In this document: positions 1 to 9,708 of the stretch, piece after piece
How the letters are laid out: each line of letters begins with the position of its first letter
How positions within the stretch are numbered: the first letter of the stretch is position 1
From: Thermoplasmata archaeon
Lineage (GTDB): Archaea; Thermoplasmatota; Thermoplasmata; Lutacidiplasmatales; UBA184
Length of the DNA: 64,000 nt
Direction of reading: 5' to 3'
NCBI GenBank assembly: GCA_030043855.1
Contig: JASHWW010000005.1
Coordinates: forward strand, 9,088 to 73,087
Made by a program: the position numbers and the translations under genes
Notes under the pieces: model-generated
What the model saw: only the letters and a program-made list of their open reading frames with translations
Told to the model about the DNA's origin: nothing
The model's database searches: none

Positions 1-650
1 GCCCCCAGCGTGATCGCCAGCAGCAGCAGGGTGAGCCCGAGGGCGAACAGGACGTTCCCGGCCCAGTCGATCCGGGGCTTCTCCTCGGGCTTGGCGATCT
101 CGTGCAGGTCGATCCGGGCCCGGAGCGTCGCGATCACCCCGATCGGGACGTTCACGAAGAAGATCCATCGCCAGCCGATCGTGGACGTGATGATCCCGCC
201 GAGCACGAGTCCCGAGACCGCCCCGACCACGATCGAGACCTGGTTCACGCCGAGCGCCCGCCCGCGCTCGTTGGGCGGGAAGGCGTCGGTGATGATCGCG
301 GCGGAGTTCGAGAAGAGGAACCCCGCGCCCACGGCCTGGACCAGGCGGAAGAGGACGAGCTCGAGCCCGGTCTGCGAGAACCCGCAGAGCGCCGAGCCGG
401 CGGTGAAGATCGCGAACCCGAGCACGTAGAGGCGGACCCGTCCGAACATGTCGGAGAGACGCCCGAAGTTGAGCAGCACGACGGCGGTGAGGAGCGAGTA
501 CCCGAGGAGGATCCAGAGGACCAGCGTCGGCGACGTCCCCGGCAGCTCGCGGCCGATCGTCGGCAGCGAGATCAGGACGATGTTCGTGTCGATCGCCGCC
601 ATCAGGGTGGCGATCGTGGTGTTCGACAACACCCGCCACTTGTACTCCAC
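1..650 (-). CDS. MFS transporter (DHA2/EmrB-like); C-terminus runs off the window start
   Basis: Reverse-strand translation reads MEYKWRVLSNTTIATLMAAIDTNIVLISLP...FRLVQAVGAGFLFSNSAAIITDAFPPNERGRALG, with TM helices and the MFS signature. Probable GTG start at 648-650. The + strand ORF 10..429 is Arg/Ser-rich shadow. Confidence 0.7.
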   Translation of the reverse strand, partial: MEYKWRVLSNTTIATLMAAIDTNIVLISLPTIGRELPGTSPTLVLWILLGYSLLTAVVLLNFGRLSDMFGRVRLYVLGFAIFTAGSALCGFSQTGLELVLFRLVQAVGAGFLFSNSAAIITDAFPPNERGRALGVNQVSIVVGAVSGLVLGGIITSTIGWRWIFFVNVPIGVIATLRARIDLHEIAKPEEKPRIDWAGNVLFALGLTLLLLAITLG

Positions 651-733
651 GGAACGCTCACCCCCCGTCGCGCGGCGCCCCGGCTCCGGGGCCGGCCCGT
701 CTCATCGGCGGAACGTCTCCGGCACGCGCGGCC

Positions 734-1177
734 TCACCCGAGCGGTCCGTGGGTCGCCTGGAAGCCCGCGATCTCGGACGAGAGCTGGTCGACGTACTGG
801 CGGAAGGCGGAGAGGACGTGACGGGACGTCACGATCCCGACCACCTCCTCGCCCGATCGTACCACGAGCCGTCGGACGCCGAGTTGCGACATCGTCGTCG
901 CGACCTCGTCGGTCGGGGTATCGGGAGCGCACGTGTGCAACACGGGCGACGCGATCTCGCGCATGCGGATCCGGCTCGGGTCGACCCCGGGAGCGACCAC
1001 CTTCTCGAGGTAGTCCCATTCGGTCGCGATGCCGGCCACGACGGGCGGGTCGCCGCGTGTGACCAACGCGTACCCCTTGCGCGCGGCCAGCATCGCGCGC
1101 GCGCAGGTCAGAGCGTCCACCTCGCCGTCGATCTTGAGGAGGTGGGAGTCCATAATCTCCTTCGCCCGGAGCACCAT
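734..1177 (-). CDS. CBS-domain protein
   Basis: MVLRAKEIMDSHLLKIDGEVD...RRLVVRSGEEVVGIVTSRHVLSAF shows the tandem CBS pattern. The internal Met at 1177 was chosen over the 1234 ORF start, which adds an Arg-rich prefix. Confidence 0.6.
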   Translation of the reverse strand: MVLRAKEIMDSHLLKIDGEVDALTCARAMLAARKGYALVTRGDPPVVAGIATEWDYLEKVVAPGVDPSRIRMREIASPVLHTCAPDTPTDEVATTMSQLGVRRLVVRSGEEVVGIVTSRHVLSAFRQYVDQLSSEIAGFQATHGPLG

Positions 1178-1265
1178 GGGCCGGCCACCCCATCGACGAT
1201 TATGAGCCCGCGTCGGTCGGACGGGCGAGCGCACGCGTGATACGGCTCGGCCGTTCCCCGCGGTC

Positions 1266-2300
1266 GTGGCAGACCCGGAATTCGAGGTCGGCCTCCTGCG
1301 AGGATTCCGGTTCGCCTGCCGCCCGGACTGCGGGCTGTGCTGCTACACCTCGCCTCAGGTCGCCCCCGACGAGTGGCGCCGACTTCGGGAGGTTCGCCCG
1401 GAGCTGACCGCGGTGCGGGCCGGCGGATCGGTCTGCGTTCCGGCCCGGTCCAACGGCGGCGCCTGCGTCCTGTTGACGGAAAACCGGTGCTCGGTCCACG
1501 CGGTACGCCCCCATCCGTGCCGGGAGTTCCCGATCTCCGTCCACGTCGGGCATAGGTTGCAAGCCAGCGTGGTGCTCTCGTGCCCGGGGATCGGATTGGA
1601 TGGGTTGGTGGGCGACCGCGAGGATCGCGAGCCGAGCGGGTTCGATGCGGAGCTCCTCGCCGTCCGGACCCGGATCGGGCGCGAGGGCGAGCGGCGCGTC
1701 GCCGAAGCAGCTCGCCGACGTCGCAAGATCCGTCGCGTGCTGGAGGCCGAGGGCCGATGGGAGGAGGAGGAGCCGGTTCGCCAGTGGCTCGGCGACCGGA
1801 TTCCCCTGCCCTCCGCCGGCTCGTTCCCGCCCGATCCGCCTCCGCCGATCGACGAACCGTGGGAGTTCCTGCCGATGTACTTCGACGGTCGGGCCGGGCC
1901 GGTCGCGCTCGGGTCCCGCGAGGACGGCTGGGAGGCCGTCGAGCTCGCCCCGACGGGCGGAGGTTCTCCCCTCGGGGTGGCGGTCCCTCCGGATCGCCCG
2001 CCGAAGTTGGACGAAGGCGCGCGGGAGCTGCTGGAGGCGTACCTCCGGTACTGGCTCGCGAGGGACGCCTTCTTTGGGACGCTGCACGTCGAGCTCTTGG
2101 ACCGGAGGCCGGGCACGGTCCGTGAGGAAGCGGAGCGAACGCTCCGGGAGATCGGTGCCGCGACCGTCGCGACCTCGTACGTCCGGGCGCAGTTCCGTCG
2201 CGGACCCCCCGAAGAGCTCCGGCGCGACGATCTCGAGCGGGGGATCCGGGCGGTCGACCTCGACTGGCTCGACCGGGCCTCCTGGGGAGGACGGCTCTAA
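1266..2300 (+). CDS. YkgJ-family CxxCxxCC Fe-S/zinc-cluster protein with a long Arg/Glu-rich C-terminal extension
   Basis: N-terminal CRPDCGLCCY...C...C spacing matches the PF03692-type family. Composition is protein-like, unlike the opposite-strand 753-aa poly-Arg ORF. Its 3' end overlaps the downstream convergent gene. Confidence 0.45.
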   Translation: MADPEFEVGLLRGFRFACRPDCGLCCYTSPQVAPDEWRRLREVRPELTAVRAGGSVCVPARSNGGACVLLTENRCSVHAVRPHPCREFPISVHVGHRLQASVVLSCPGIGLDGLVGDREDREPSGFDAELLAVRTRIGREGERRVAEAARRRRKIRRVLEAEGRWEEEEPVRQWLGDRIPLPSAGSFPPDPPPPIDEPWEFLPMYFDGRAGPVALGSREDGWEAVELAPTGGGSPLGVAVPPDRPPKLDEGARELLEAYLRYWLARDAFFGTLHVELLDRRPGTVREEAERTLREIGAATVATSYVRAQFRRGPPEELRRDDLERGIRAVDLDWLDRASWGGRL

Positions 2301-3448
2301 GGCCCGGGAAATCGGATCCCGATCGCGGCCTCGAGCTCCGCCACCAGACGGTCCCCGTGCTCCGGCCGCCAGCGACTCGGGAGGGGAGTCGCCGGCTCGG
2401 CCCACACGGGCGGCGCCTCCGTCCCGATCGTTTCGAAGAACTCCAGGCGCCAGGGCTCCGGAAGCGCGACGCCGTCCGCGGGAACGGAGTCCGGGTCCAT
2501 CAGGATCCGCCCCGTTCGTGCGAGCACCCGTCCCACGGACTCCGCGCGGTATCCTCCTCCTCCGGTGACCAAGAGCCGCCCGTCGCTGTACCTCTGGGAC
2601 CACTCGAGCAGCCAGCGGTCGATCTGGGCGTACGCCTCCGGCGTGTACTGGAGGCGCGCGAGCGGGTCCCCCCAATGCCCGTCGACCCCGTGCTGGGCGA
2701 CGATCAGCTCGGGCCGGAACGACTCCAGAAGCGGCGGGACGACTCGTCGGACGAGGGAGAGCAACGCCTCGTCGCCCGCGGTCGGGGGCAACGGGAGATT
2801 CACCTTCGCCCCGGCGCCGTCTCCCCGGCCGGTCTCGTTCGGGAAGCCGGTCCCCGGAAACAACGTACGTCCGTCCTGATGCACGTCGATGTCGAGCAGC
2901 CGCCCGCAGTCGTAGAACCCGTACATCACACCGTCTCCGTGATGGGCGTCGATGTCCAGATAGCAGACCCGCAGTCCTCGGGCGATGGCGGCCGCGATCG
3001 CGACCGCGACGTCGTTGAAGACGCAGAACCCGCTCGCGCGTCCCGGGTGGGCGTGGTGGAGGCCGCCCCCGGGGTGGAAGGCGGGGCGCCGGGACTCCAG
3101 CGTGCGCTCGAGCGCGACCGTGGCCCCTCCGACCAGGCGCGCCGCGGCCTCGTAGCACCCGGGGAACGCGGGCGTATCGCCCTGGTCCAGGTAGAGCCGC
3201 TCCTCGTACGCTCCCGCGCGCTCGACGAAGTCCAGGTACGGGGTCGCGTGAAACGTCGACAGCTCCGGGCGCCCGCTCGGGACGACCGATCGGATCCACG
3301 CGACGTCCGGAGCGTCCGGGACATCGAGCGAGAGCTCGAGGAGGCGGACGGCGAGCGAGCGACTGGCCTCGGAGAACGGGTGGTCCCCTCCGAAGTCGTA
3401 GTCGGTGAACCGGGGATCCCAGACGATCGTCGCTCGGGGTTCGGCCAT
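2297..3448 (-). CDS. Histone deacetylase-family protein (AcuC/acetoin utilisation / acetylpolyamine amidohydrolase-like)
   Basis: MAEPRATIVWDPRF...CYLDIDAHHGDGV...GFCVFNDVAVA are classic HDAC-fold motifs. Start taken at the internal MAEP. Confidence 0.75.
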   Translation of the reverse strand: MAEPRATIVWDPRFTDYDFGGDHPFSEASRSLAVRLLELSLDVPDAPDVAWIRSVVPSGRPELSTFHATPYLDFVERAGAYEERLYLDQGDTPAFPGCYEAAARLVGGATVALERTLESRRPAFHPGGGLHHAHPGRASGFCVFNDVAVAIAAAIARGLRVCYLDIDAHHGDGVMYGFYDCGRLLDIDVHQDGRTLFPGTGFPNETGRGDGAGAKVNLPLPPTAGDEALLSLVRRVVPPLLESFRPELIVAQHGVDGHWGDPLARLQYTPEAYAQIDRWLLEWSQRYSDGRLLVTGGGGYRAESVGRVLARTGRILMDPDSVPADGVALPEPWRLEFFETIGTEAPPVWAEPATPLPSRWRPEHGDRLVAELEAAIGIRFPGP

Positions 3449-3554
3449 GCCCGCGGGACACCGGAGGCGCGGTCCGGTAAAAGTGGTCCGGTCGCCTCCG
3501 CCGTCCGGAGGCATTATCTGGCCGGGTCGTTCGGCACGCCCGGCGGGGGATCCG

Positions 3555-3779
3555 ATGGGGATCGAGGACGAGGTCTCGTCGAACGCGGTCAAGGTCTACA
3601 AGGCGATGAAGGAGCTCGGCATGCTCGTCGAAGAGAAGATGGGCACCGCCGAGCGGATCACTCAGTCCGCGAAGCTGCCGAAGACGATGGTGATGAACGC
3701 CCTGCAGGAACTGCAGACGAAGGGGTTCGCCCGTCGGAAGGTGCGCGAGAAAGCCGCCGGCTACTTCCTCACGAAGTAG
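3555..3779 (+). CDS. Small winged-helix DNA-binding protein (about 74 aa)
   Basis: MGIEDEVSSNAVKVYKAMKELGMLVEEKMGTAERITQSAKLPKTMVMNALQELQTKGFARRKVREKAAGYFLTK is HTH-like. Its 3' end overlaps the tfb 3' end by about 10 nt, convergently. Confidence 0.4.
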   Translation: MGIEDEVSSNAVKVYKAMKELGMLVEEKMGTAERITQSAKLPKTMVMNALQELQTKGFARRKVREKAAGYFLTK

Positions 3780-4746
3780 TATCGGGCGACTCGGTCGCGT
3801 GGGCCTGCTCGTCGTGCGCCCAGACCTTCTGGACGAGCCGGCTGGTCGAGCGGAGCGTCACCTCGGTCACGGAACTCACGCGCGCCACCTGCGCCCGGGA
3901 CCGGTGCTCGCCGTTGCGCTCCGCGGCCAGATAGATCAGCGCCGCGACGAGACCGTGCGGGCTCAATCCGGAGAGCTCGGGGTCCTCGCGCGCTTCGTCG
4001 AGCATCGCTTCGACCGTGGACCGGACCCGCGGGGAGAGGGCCAGCTCCTGCGCGTACCGTGCGAGGAACGACTTCGCGCCCACGCCCGGGATCGCGAGCC
4101 CGCTGCCCCGCTGGATGACCTTGAAGGTGCGGCCGACCTCGGCCCGCTCCGCGCCGACCGCGGTCGCGACCTCCCCGAGCGTCCGGGGGATCGAGTACCG
4201 GCGGCACGCCGCGTAGACGCACGCCCCGACGCTCGCCGGCAGGCTCCGGCCTCGGAAGAGTCCCCGCGCCTTCGACTCGCGATAGACGTGCTCCGTCTCG
4301 GTGAGCACGATCGGCGGGAGGCCCATCTTTTCCCCCGCGACCTGGATCTCGCCGCGGACGGGCGAGCGCTCCAGCGCGCCGTCAGCGACCCGGGAGGTCT
4401 GCCGCTGCATGACGCGCTTCAGGTGCTGGAACTCGTACCGCCGATGCCAATCGAGACGGCGTCCCTGCCCGTCGCGGCTGAGCGAGAGGGTCGACCCCAA
4501 GAGTCGCTTCGACCCTCCGGGGGTCACAAAGGGGCCGATCCCGCGCCCGCTGCCGGCCGACGTCTGCGGGTCGATCGGTGGGGGAGGACTGGAGAGGATC
4601 GCCACCTCGTCGAGGACGAGACCGCATTCGGCGCAGCAGGTCTCCGAGCGGGCGGGGTCGACGATCCGGTGCGTGCTGCGGCACATCGGGCAGGGGGTCG
4701 GTCCCCCAGCGGCGGCCACCTCGGGTCGAGTCCCGGTCTCGCCCAC
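3769..4746 (-). CDS. tfb: Transcription initiation factor IIB (TFB)
   Basis: N-terminal zinc ribbon CPMCRSTHRIVDPARSETCCAECG followed by two cyclin-like repeats (HLKRVMQRQTSRVADG...; ...LSPHGLVAALIYLAAE). GTG start at 4744-4746 with a TATA element about 25 nt upstream, so the transcript is leaderless. Confidence 0.85.
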   Translation of the reverse strand: MGETGTRPEVAAAGGPTPCPMCRSTHRIVDPARSETCCAECGLVLDEVAILSSPPPPIDPQTSAGSGRGIGPFVTPGGSKRLLGSTLSLSRDGQGRRLDWHRRYEFQHLKRVMQRQTSRVADGALERSPVRGEIQVAGEKMGLPPIVLTETEHVYRESKARGLFRGRSLPASVGACVYAACRRYSIPRTLGEVATAVGAERAEVGRTFKVIQRGSGLAIPGVGAKSFLARYAQELALSPRVRSTVEAMLDEAREDPELSGLSPHGLVAALIYLAAERNGEHRSRAQVARVSSVTEVTLRSTSRLVQKVWAHDEQAHATESPDTTS

Positions 4747-4770
4747 GGTACTCCCGTGATGGCCGGGCCC

Positions 4771-4778
4771 TATTAATT
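4771..4778 (-). promoter_or_regulatory. TATA box (TTAATAGG on the coding strand) for tfb
   Basis: The plus-strand string tattaatt lies 25-32 nt upstream of the tfb GTG. Archaeal promoter geometry. Confidence 0.5.
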
Positions 4779-4816
4779 CTCGTCCAACGGCCTTCGGGAA
4801 CCGCGCCGAATGAAGC

Positions 4817-4825
4817 CTATTTGAG
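4817..4825 (+). promoter_or_regulatory. TATA-like element (CCTATTTGA) for the divergent downstream gene
   Basis: Lies about 22-30 nt upstream of the GTG at 4847. Together with the tfb TATA it forms a divergent promoter pair in the 100-nt intergenic spacer. Confidence 0.35.
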
Positions 4826-4846
4826 AGGTGCGGGACTGTCAGGGCG

Positions 4847-5482
4847 GTGCGCACTGGCCTCGTTCTCGTCGGCATCGGAATGGCGGTCATCGGCGCGGGA
4901 GTGATCGCATCGCTCGCGCTGGCGCCCGACCCGGGCACCCTCCGGGAGTCGTGGCCGATCGACATCGAGAATCTGACCAGCAACGCCTCCCGGGGCGTGC
5001 CGGTCCCGGTCACCGATGGAGCCTCTTCGGTGTTCTCGTTCGATTGGGTCGCTTCGAGCGCGGCTGAGGCGAGCCTCTGGCCGGCCGTCTCGTGCGGCGC
5101 GGCCGTCGGCGCCTGCCCCACGACGGAGCTCCCGGTCGTCCACTGGAACGCTACGACGCACGGTGACTGGACGACGCACGGCGACCTCCCCTCGTACTAC
5201 CTTCTCACCATCTGGGCCGCCGCGAAGTCGTCGGTGAACTTCACCGGCCAGGTCGCGGAGACGTACTCGGCCCCGAGTCTGGCGATCCCGACCTGGGCCG
5301 AGATCTCGGTGATCGTCGGCGGAGTCGTCCTGCTCGGGATCGGAGCGATGGCCCTGTTCCTCGGGCTGTTCCTGCGGACCTCGATCTACCGGGGACCGCC
5401 TCCGCCGCCTCCGCCGGAGCTCGCGGTCGACGAGACCGACGAGTTTGACGACGAGCCGCCCGACCCGCCGAACCCGAGCTGA
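4847..5482 (+). CDS. Hypothetical membrane-anchored extracellular protein (N- and C-terminal TM segments, N-x-S/T sequons, poly-Pro linker)
   Basis: VRTGLVLVGIGMAVIGAGVIASLALAP opens the protein; LLGIGAMALFLGLFL is near the C-terminus. Sequons include NLTSNAS, NATTHG and NFTG. GTG start. Confidence 0.5.
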   Translation: MRTGLVLVGIGMAVIGAGVIASLALAPDPGTLRESWPIDIENLTSNASRGVPVPVTDGASSVFSFDWVASSAAEASLWPAVSCGAAVGACPTTELPVVHWNATTHGDWTTHGDLPSYYLLTIWAAAKSSVNFTGQVAETYSAPSLAIPTWAEISVIVGGVVLLGIGAMALFLGLFLRTSIYRGPPPPPPPELAVDETDEFDDEPPDPPNPS

Positions 5483-5498
5483 CCGAGCCGGGGGGCGA

Positions 5499-7262
5499 CT
5501 ACTGCCCCCAGAACGGCCTCTCGGCCCGGTGAATCCGTACGACCTCTTCGAGGATCTCGCCCTCGCGCGGCGTCAGGGCCTGCTGCCGCAACGCCCGGGC
5601 CGCCGATTCCGGGATCGATGTGAGCAGGGCATCGCCGGGTTTCAGATTCCGACCGATCACCGCCCCCTCGATCGAGGCCGCGAGCTCGGTCCCCTCCTCC
5701 GCTTCGGCGACGCTCTCGCCGTCCCGTTGCAGGCCGCGGAGCACCCCGACCTCGGATCCGTCGGTGTGCATCAGGCGGACGCCCGGGCGCAGCGTCCCGC
5801 CGACCACCTTCACGCCCACGATCGCCGGCTTGGAGACGCGGAACACGAATCCGGGCAGCACCTCGAGCTTCGCGGGGTGGACGAGTTCCAGCCGCCGCTG
5901 GGCCTGGAGCTCCCGGCTCCTCTGTTGGCGCCACGTCTCGTACTCCTCCATCGCCCGGTACATCACGTCGGCCCGGAAGATCTTGACCGGCCCGTCCTCC
6001 CCTTCGGGGAGGGCGTCGGGAAGCACGGGCACGTTGAACGCGATCACCGCCCGATGGGTCGGGTCCTTCACGTCGGCCATCCGGAGGATGGTCGACCGCC
6101 CGACCGGTCCGACCCCGGCCTCGTGGACCGGCAGGTTCCTCTGCCGGCACTCGAAGGCGAGCGCCTCGAGCCCCCCCAGCGTGTCGGCGTAGATGGCGAC
6201 GCCGCTCTCCGCGAGCTCGGCGACCGGGTGCGATTCGCGGGTCAGCGCGGCCCGGACCTCCTCGGTCTCGGCGGTCGTCCGGACGACCTTGAGGAGCCCG
6301 CCGGGCATCGCATCCTCGATCCCGGGCGCCGACAGATACACGCCCGCGGCCGCGCGCACTGCGGCGAGCGACTCGAGCCGGCGCTGCTTCGAGACCTTCC
6401 CCTCCTTGGGAGGGATCGGGCGGTAGATCCCGCGCACGCGGGTCTCGAACGGCTCGGTGCGGCCGGTCGCGACGACGGTGTCGCCGACCTTGAGGGTCCC
6501 CTTGTAGACGATGATGCTGCTGACCGGGCCGACCCCGCGCTGGTCGCTCCGCTCGACGATCGTCGCCTCCCCCTCGCCCGCCTGGAGTTCGAGCTCCTCG
6601 GTCAGGAACCGTTGCGCGAGGCCGACGAGGAGCGCGATGAGCTCGGGGACGCCGACGCCGGTCTTGGACGACACCGGGACGATCCCGAGGTTCCGGGTGA
6701 AGTCGGTGACCCGGTCGTACCGGTCCGCCGAGAATCCCATCTGGACGAGGTCCTCCGCGACGCGGTAGAGGTGCGCGTCCAGCGCCTTCTCGAACTCCGG
6801 GCCGGACCGCTGGATCTCCTCGCGGAGCGAGACCGTTCCCGTGGCCTTGCGCCAGCCGGGCAGGAGGTCGATCTTCGTGAGGGCCACCGCGAACGGCGTC
6901 TTCTCGCGCCGGAGAATCTCGACGGACTCGCGAGTTTGCGGCATGAACCCCTCGCGAGCGTCCACGACGAGGATCGCGAGGTCGGAGAGCGCCCCGCCCC
7001 GCCGGCGGAGGGTCTCGAAGGAGCGGTGTCCCGGCGTGTCGACGAAGAGCAGCCCCGGGATGCGCATCTGGTCGCCCCGGAGGATCCCCTCGCAGAGCTT
7101 CCGGACGACCGGGCCCGGTACCTCGACGGCCCCGATGTGCTGGGTGATCCCGCCGGCCTCCCGCGAGGCGCGCACGCTCCCGGCGATGCGGTCGAGGAGC
7201 GTCGTCTTGCCGTGGTCGACGTGCCCCAGGAGGGAGACGATCGGCTCGCGCAGGTCGGCCAC
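5499..7262 (-). CDS. infB: Translation initiation factor aIF5B (IF2 homologue)
   Basis: GTPase G1 [21 protein letters not shown], then beta-barrel domains. Length 587 aa. Confidence 0.9.
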   Translation of the reverse strand: MADLREPIVSLLGHVDHGKTTLLDRIAGSVRASREAGGITQHIGAVEVPGPVVRKLCEGILRGDQMRIPGLLFVDTPGHRSFETLRRRGGALSDLAILVVDAREGFMPQTRESVEILRREKTPFAVALTKIDLLPGWRKATGTVSLREEIQRSGPEFEKALDAHLYRVAEDLVQMGFSADRYDRVTDFTRNLGIVPVSSKTGVGVPELIALLVGLAQRFLTEELELQAGEGEATIVERSDQRGVGPVSSIIVYKGTLKVGDTVVATGRTEPFETRVRGIYRPIPPKEGKVSKQRRLESLAAVRAAAGVYLSAPGIEDAMPGGLLKVVRTTAETEEVRAALTRESHPVAELAESGVAIYADTLGGLEALAFECRQRNLPVHEAGVGPVGRSTILRMADVKDPTHRAVIAFNVPVLPDALPEGEDGPVKIFRADVMYRAMEEYETWRQQRSRELQAQRRLELVHPAKLEVLPGFVFRVSKPAIVGVKVVGGTLRPGVRLMHTDGSEVGVLRGLQRDGESVAEAEEGTELAASIEGAVIGRNLKPGDALLTSIPESAARALRQQALTPREGEILEEVVRIHRAERPFWGQ

Positions 7263-7286
7263 GCGCGGTCGACGAGGGGCCGACCC

Positions 7287-8318
7287 TTAGCGTTTCTCGC
7301 CGACCGCCTCGGGAGCCGCGAGGGCGGCGCGCAGCCGCTCGGCCGCCGCTTCGGGCGGGATCGGATTGACGGCGACCCCGGTGCCGACCTCGAAGCCGTC
7401 GGGGCGGATCGTCCGCGGCAGCAACTCGAGGTACCAGTGCTCCGATTCGCTGCCGAGCCCGCCCGCCCCGCTCCGGGTCACGAGGTTGTAGGAGACGCCC
7501 GGAACGAGCGATCGGAGCGCGCGCAGGGTCCGGGGCACCCGCTCCGCCAGCTCGTCGAGCTCCGCGTCGGTCGAATCGCCGAACGTCCGCGCATGCCGAC
7601 GGGGAAGGAATCGCACCTCGTACGGAAGGGCGGAGGCGTACGGGGCGTACGTCACGAACGATGCGCCTCGGTCTAGCAGGCGAGCCCCGCCGGCCTCCTC
7701 GCGCGCCCCGATCTCTTCGTATGCGCACGGAACCCCCTCCGCGCGGGCCCACGCCCGGGCGCCCGCGGCCTCCTCGGCGAGCTCCAACGGCACGAACGGG
7801 AGCGCGATCGCTTGCGCGTGGGGGTGCGTCAGCGTGCCTCCGGACTCGGGCCCGGCGTTCTCGAACAGGATGGAGCTCTGGATCCCCGGTCGGCCCGCGA
7901 GGTCGCGGATCCGGTCCCGGCCCATCCGGAGCACCTCGGCGGCCGCCTCGGGAAGGAACTCCGCGAATCCGGGCGCGTGATCCGGGCTCATGACGATCAC
8001 CTCGTGGTAGCCGGTCGCCGCGCGCCGGACGCCGAGCGGCGTGCGTTCCCCGAGGAGATGCGGGTCGGGAGGTCCCTCGAGCGTCGGGAACCGGTTGGGG
8101 ATCGACCGTACCGTCCACCCGGGAGCGTTCGGCGGTCGGCCCGGTGGACCGAAGGCGGCCGTCTCCGCGGGCGTCCGCGCCTCGTGACCGCCGCAGAACG
8201 GACACTCTCCGTCCGGCGGGGCGGGGGCACGTCCCCGGTACTCGTCCGGCCTCGCGAGCCGTCCCTCGGCGATGACGACCCACCGACCGGAGAACGGGTC
8301 CTGCCGCAGCTCCGACAT
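7287..8318 (-). CDS. Galactose-1-phosphate uridylyltransferase-like (GalT/HIT superfamily)
   Basis: [18 protein letters not shown]...[12 protein letters not shown]...[14 protein letters not shown] carries the GalT zinc site and HPH active-site motif. Confidence 0.65.
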   Translation of the reverse strand: MSELRQDPFSGRWVVIAEGRLARPDEYRGRAPAPPDGECPFCGGHEARTPAETAAFGPPGRPPNAPGWTVRSIPNRFPTLEGPPDPHLLGERTPLGVRRAATGYHEVIVMSPDHAPGFAEFLPEAAAEVLRMGRDRIRDLAGRPGIQSSILFENAGPESGGTLTHPHAQAIALPFVPLELAEEAAGARAWARAEGVPCAYEEIGAREEAGGARLLDRGASFVTYAPYASALPYEVRFLPRRHARTFGDSTDAELDELAERVPRTLRALRSLVPGVSYNLVTRSGAGGLGSESEHWYLELLPRTIRPDGFEVGTGVAVNPIPPEAAAERLRAALAAPEAVGEKR

Positions 8319-8364
8319 CGCGCGACCGACCAACCCCGGCGCCCACTTGAGCCGGCGGGGCGGC

Positions 8365-9708
8365 TCAGTCGAGTTCGCTCAGGGGCCCGGTGATCAGGGG
8401 TACGAGGAACTCGGCCGGGTCGAGACCGCCGTGGGCGCCCGGTCGGTGATGCGGTCGCGCCGCGGCCCCCGGGATCGAGTAGGTCACGCCCGCGCCCGCG
8501 GGCAGGAGAACGATACTCTCCCCGATGCGTTCGCGGAGCTCCGGATGGAACGGCGGGGGGCCGAACAGACCCCCGGCGATCGCTGCATCGACGTCGAGGT
8601 AGCCGGTTCCTGGGGGGAGGTGTCGGAGGAGAGCGTCCCGGAGGGCGTCCGCATGCCCGGGACGGGGGACGACGAATACGGCCCGCCGATCGCCGGCGGG
8701 AGGGCGAGCGAGGTGTTCGAGGATCGACGGTTCGGCATCGACCCGCAGGAGTCCCTGGGGCGGGATCGACACCTGTCCGTGGTCGGCGGTCAGGAGGAGG
8801 GTCGTGCGACGCGCGCGTTCCGGTGCGACGCGTCGCCGGACCGCATCGAGGATCCGGGCCACCTGCGCGACCTCGAACTCCGCCATCTCCCGGTCCGGGC
8901 CGTGCAGGTGCTCGACGGTGTCGAGCTCGTCCCAGTACAGGAACACCAGCGCGGGGGGCGTCGGGCGGTCGAGGAGTCTCCCGAGGACCCGGACGAGATC
9001 CCCCGCGGTCGCGTACGGCGCGAACTCCGCCCCGTCGTAGAGGGTGCGCGTGAACCCGGACCCCGCGTACGTTCCGCGGGTCACAGCGACGGCCGGAACC
9101 CCGCGGCGAAAGATCGTTGGCACGCCCGAGATGTCCGCGGGCGTCCAGCCCGGGCCGACCAGGCTCTCGGCGTGCGGGTTCCCGAGGGGCGTCATGTGGA
9201 GGATCTCGGTCACGGTCCCGAACCGAGGGAGGTACTCCCGGTGGCCGACGACCCCGGTGCGACCCGGGGGAGCGGCGGCCGAGAGGCTCGTGAGGGCGAC
9301 GGTGGTGGTCGTCGGGAACACGGAGGTGATGGGGCGGGCGTCCAGCCAGGCGGGAGGGATCCCGGCTGGCCGGCCCGCACCGTCCTCACCGAACGGTGCG
9401 CCCCATCCGAGCCCGTCCACGATCCCGACGATCACCGTTCCCTCGGCGCGCCGACCGTCGAACGGGTCGAGGTCGCGCGCGAGCGGGGCGACCAGCTCCG
9501 ACGCCTCGACGGAGGCTCCCGTCGCCCGCACCGCCGTGGCCGCCACGTTCGGGAGCGATCGGCCATCGAACGACGGAAGTGGAAGGCCGAGTGCGCCGAT
9601 CGGGCGCAACAGTTGCGCCACGTCCTTCGCGAACGATCCGGACGTGGCCCTGACCTCCCCGGTCCGATGCGACGTGCGCGGGCTCTTAACCCCCGCCGAC
9701 CGCGACAT
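8365..9708 (-). CDS. Alkaline-phosphatase-superfamily hydrolase (type I phosphodiesterase / nucleotide pyrophosphatase-like)
   Basis: IVGIVDGLGW...SVFPTTTTVALTSL...TADHGQ...HGGLDPAE are the metal-ligand motifs of the AlkP/NPP fold. Confidence 0.6.
   Translation of the reverse strand: MSRSAGVKSPRTSHRTGEVRATSGSFAKDVAQLLRPIGALGLPLPSFDGRSLPNVAATAVRATGASVEASELVAPLARDLDPFDGRRAEGTVIVGIVDGLGWGAPFGEDGAGRPAGIPPAWLDARPITSVFPTTTTVALTSLSAAAPPGRTGVVGHREYLPRFGTVTEILHMTPLGNPHAESLVGPGWTPADISGVPTIFRRGVPAVAVTRGTYAGSGFTRTLYDGAEFAPYATAGDLVRVLGRLLDRPTPPALVFLYWDELDTVEHLHGPDREMAEFEVAQVARILDAVRRRVAPERARRTTLLLTADHGQVSIPPQGLLRVDAEPSILEHLARPPAGDRRAVFVVPRPGHADALRDALLRHLPPGTGYLDVDAAIAGGLFGPPPFHPELRERIGESIVLLPAGAGVTYSIPGAAARPHHRPGAHGGLDPAEFLVPLITGPLSELD

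Noticed and set aside
10-429. Plus-strand ORF 10..429 (and 102..821, 448..1062)
   Set aside because: The minus strand of the same DNA encodes a clean MFS transporter with TM helices. The plus-strand translations are Ser/Arg-rich nonsense.
1200-3461. 753-aa minus-strand ORF (and similar: 5386..8346 -, 5445..7676 +, 8272..9909 +, 9044..11029 +, 32778..36320 -, 39848..41800 -, 41533..43659 -, 57062..59410 -, 57094..59394 +, upstream part of 50854..55425 - antisense to smc)
   Set aside because: Extremely Arg/Pro/Gly/Asp-rich with no recognisable motifs. They lie antisense or out of frame to convincing genes. These are typical shadow ORFs of a 70 % GC genome where stop codons are rare.
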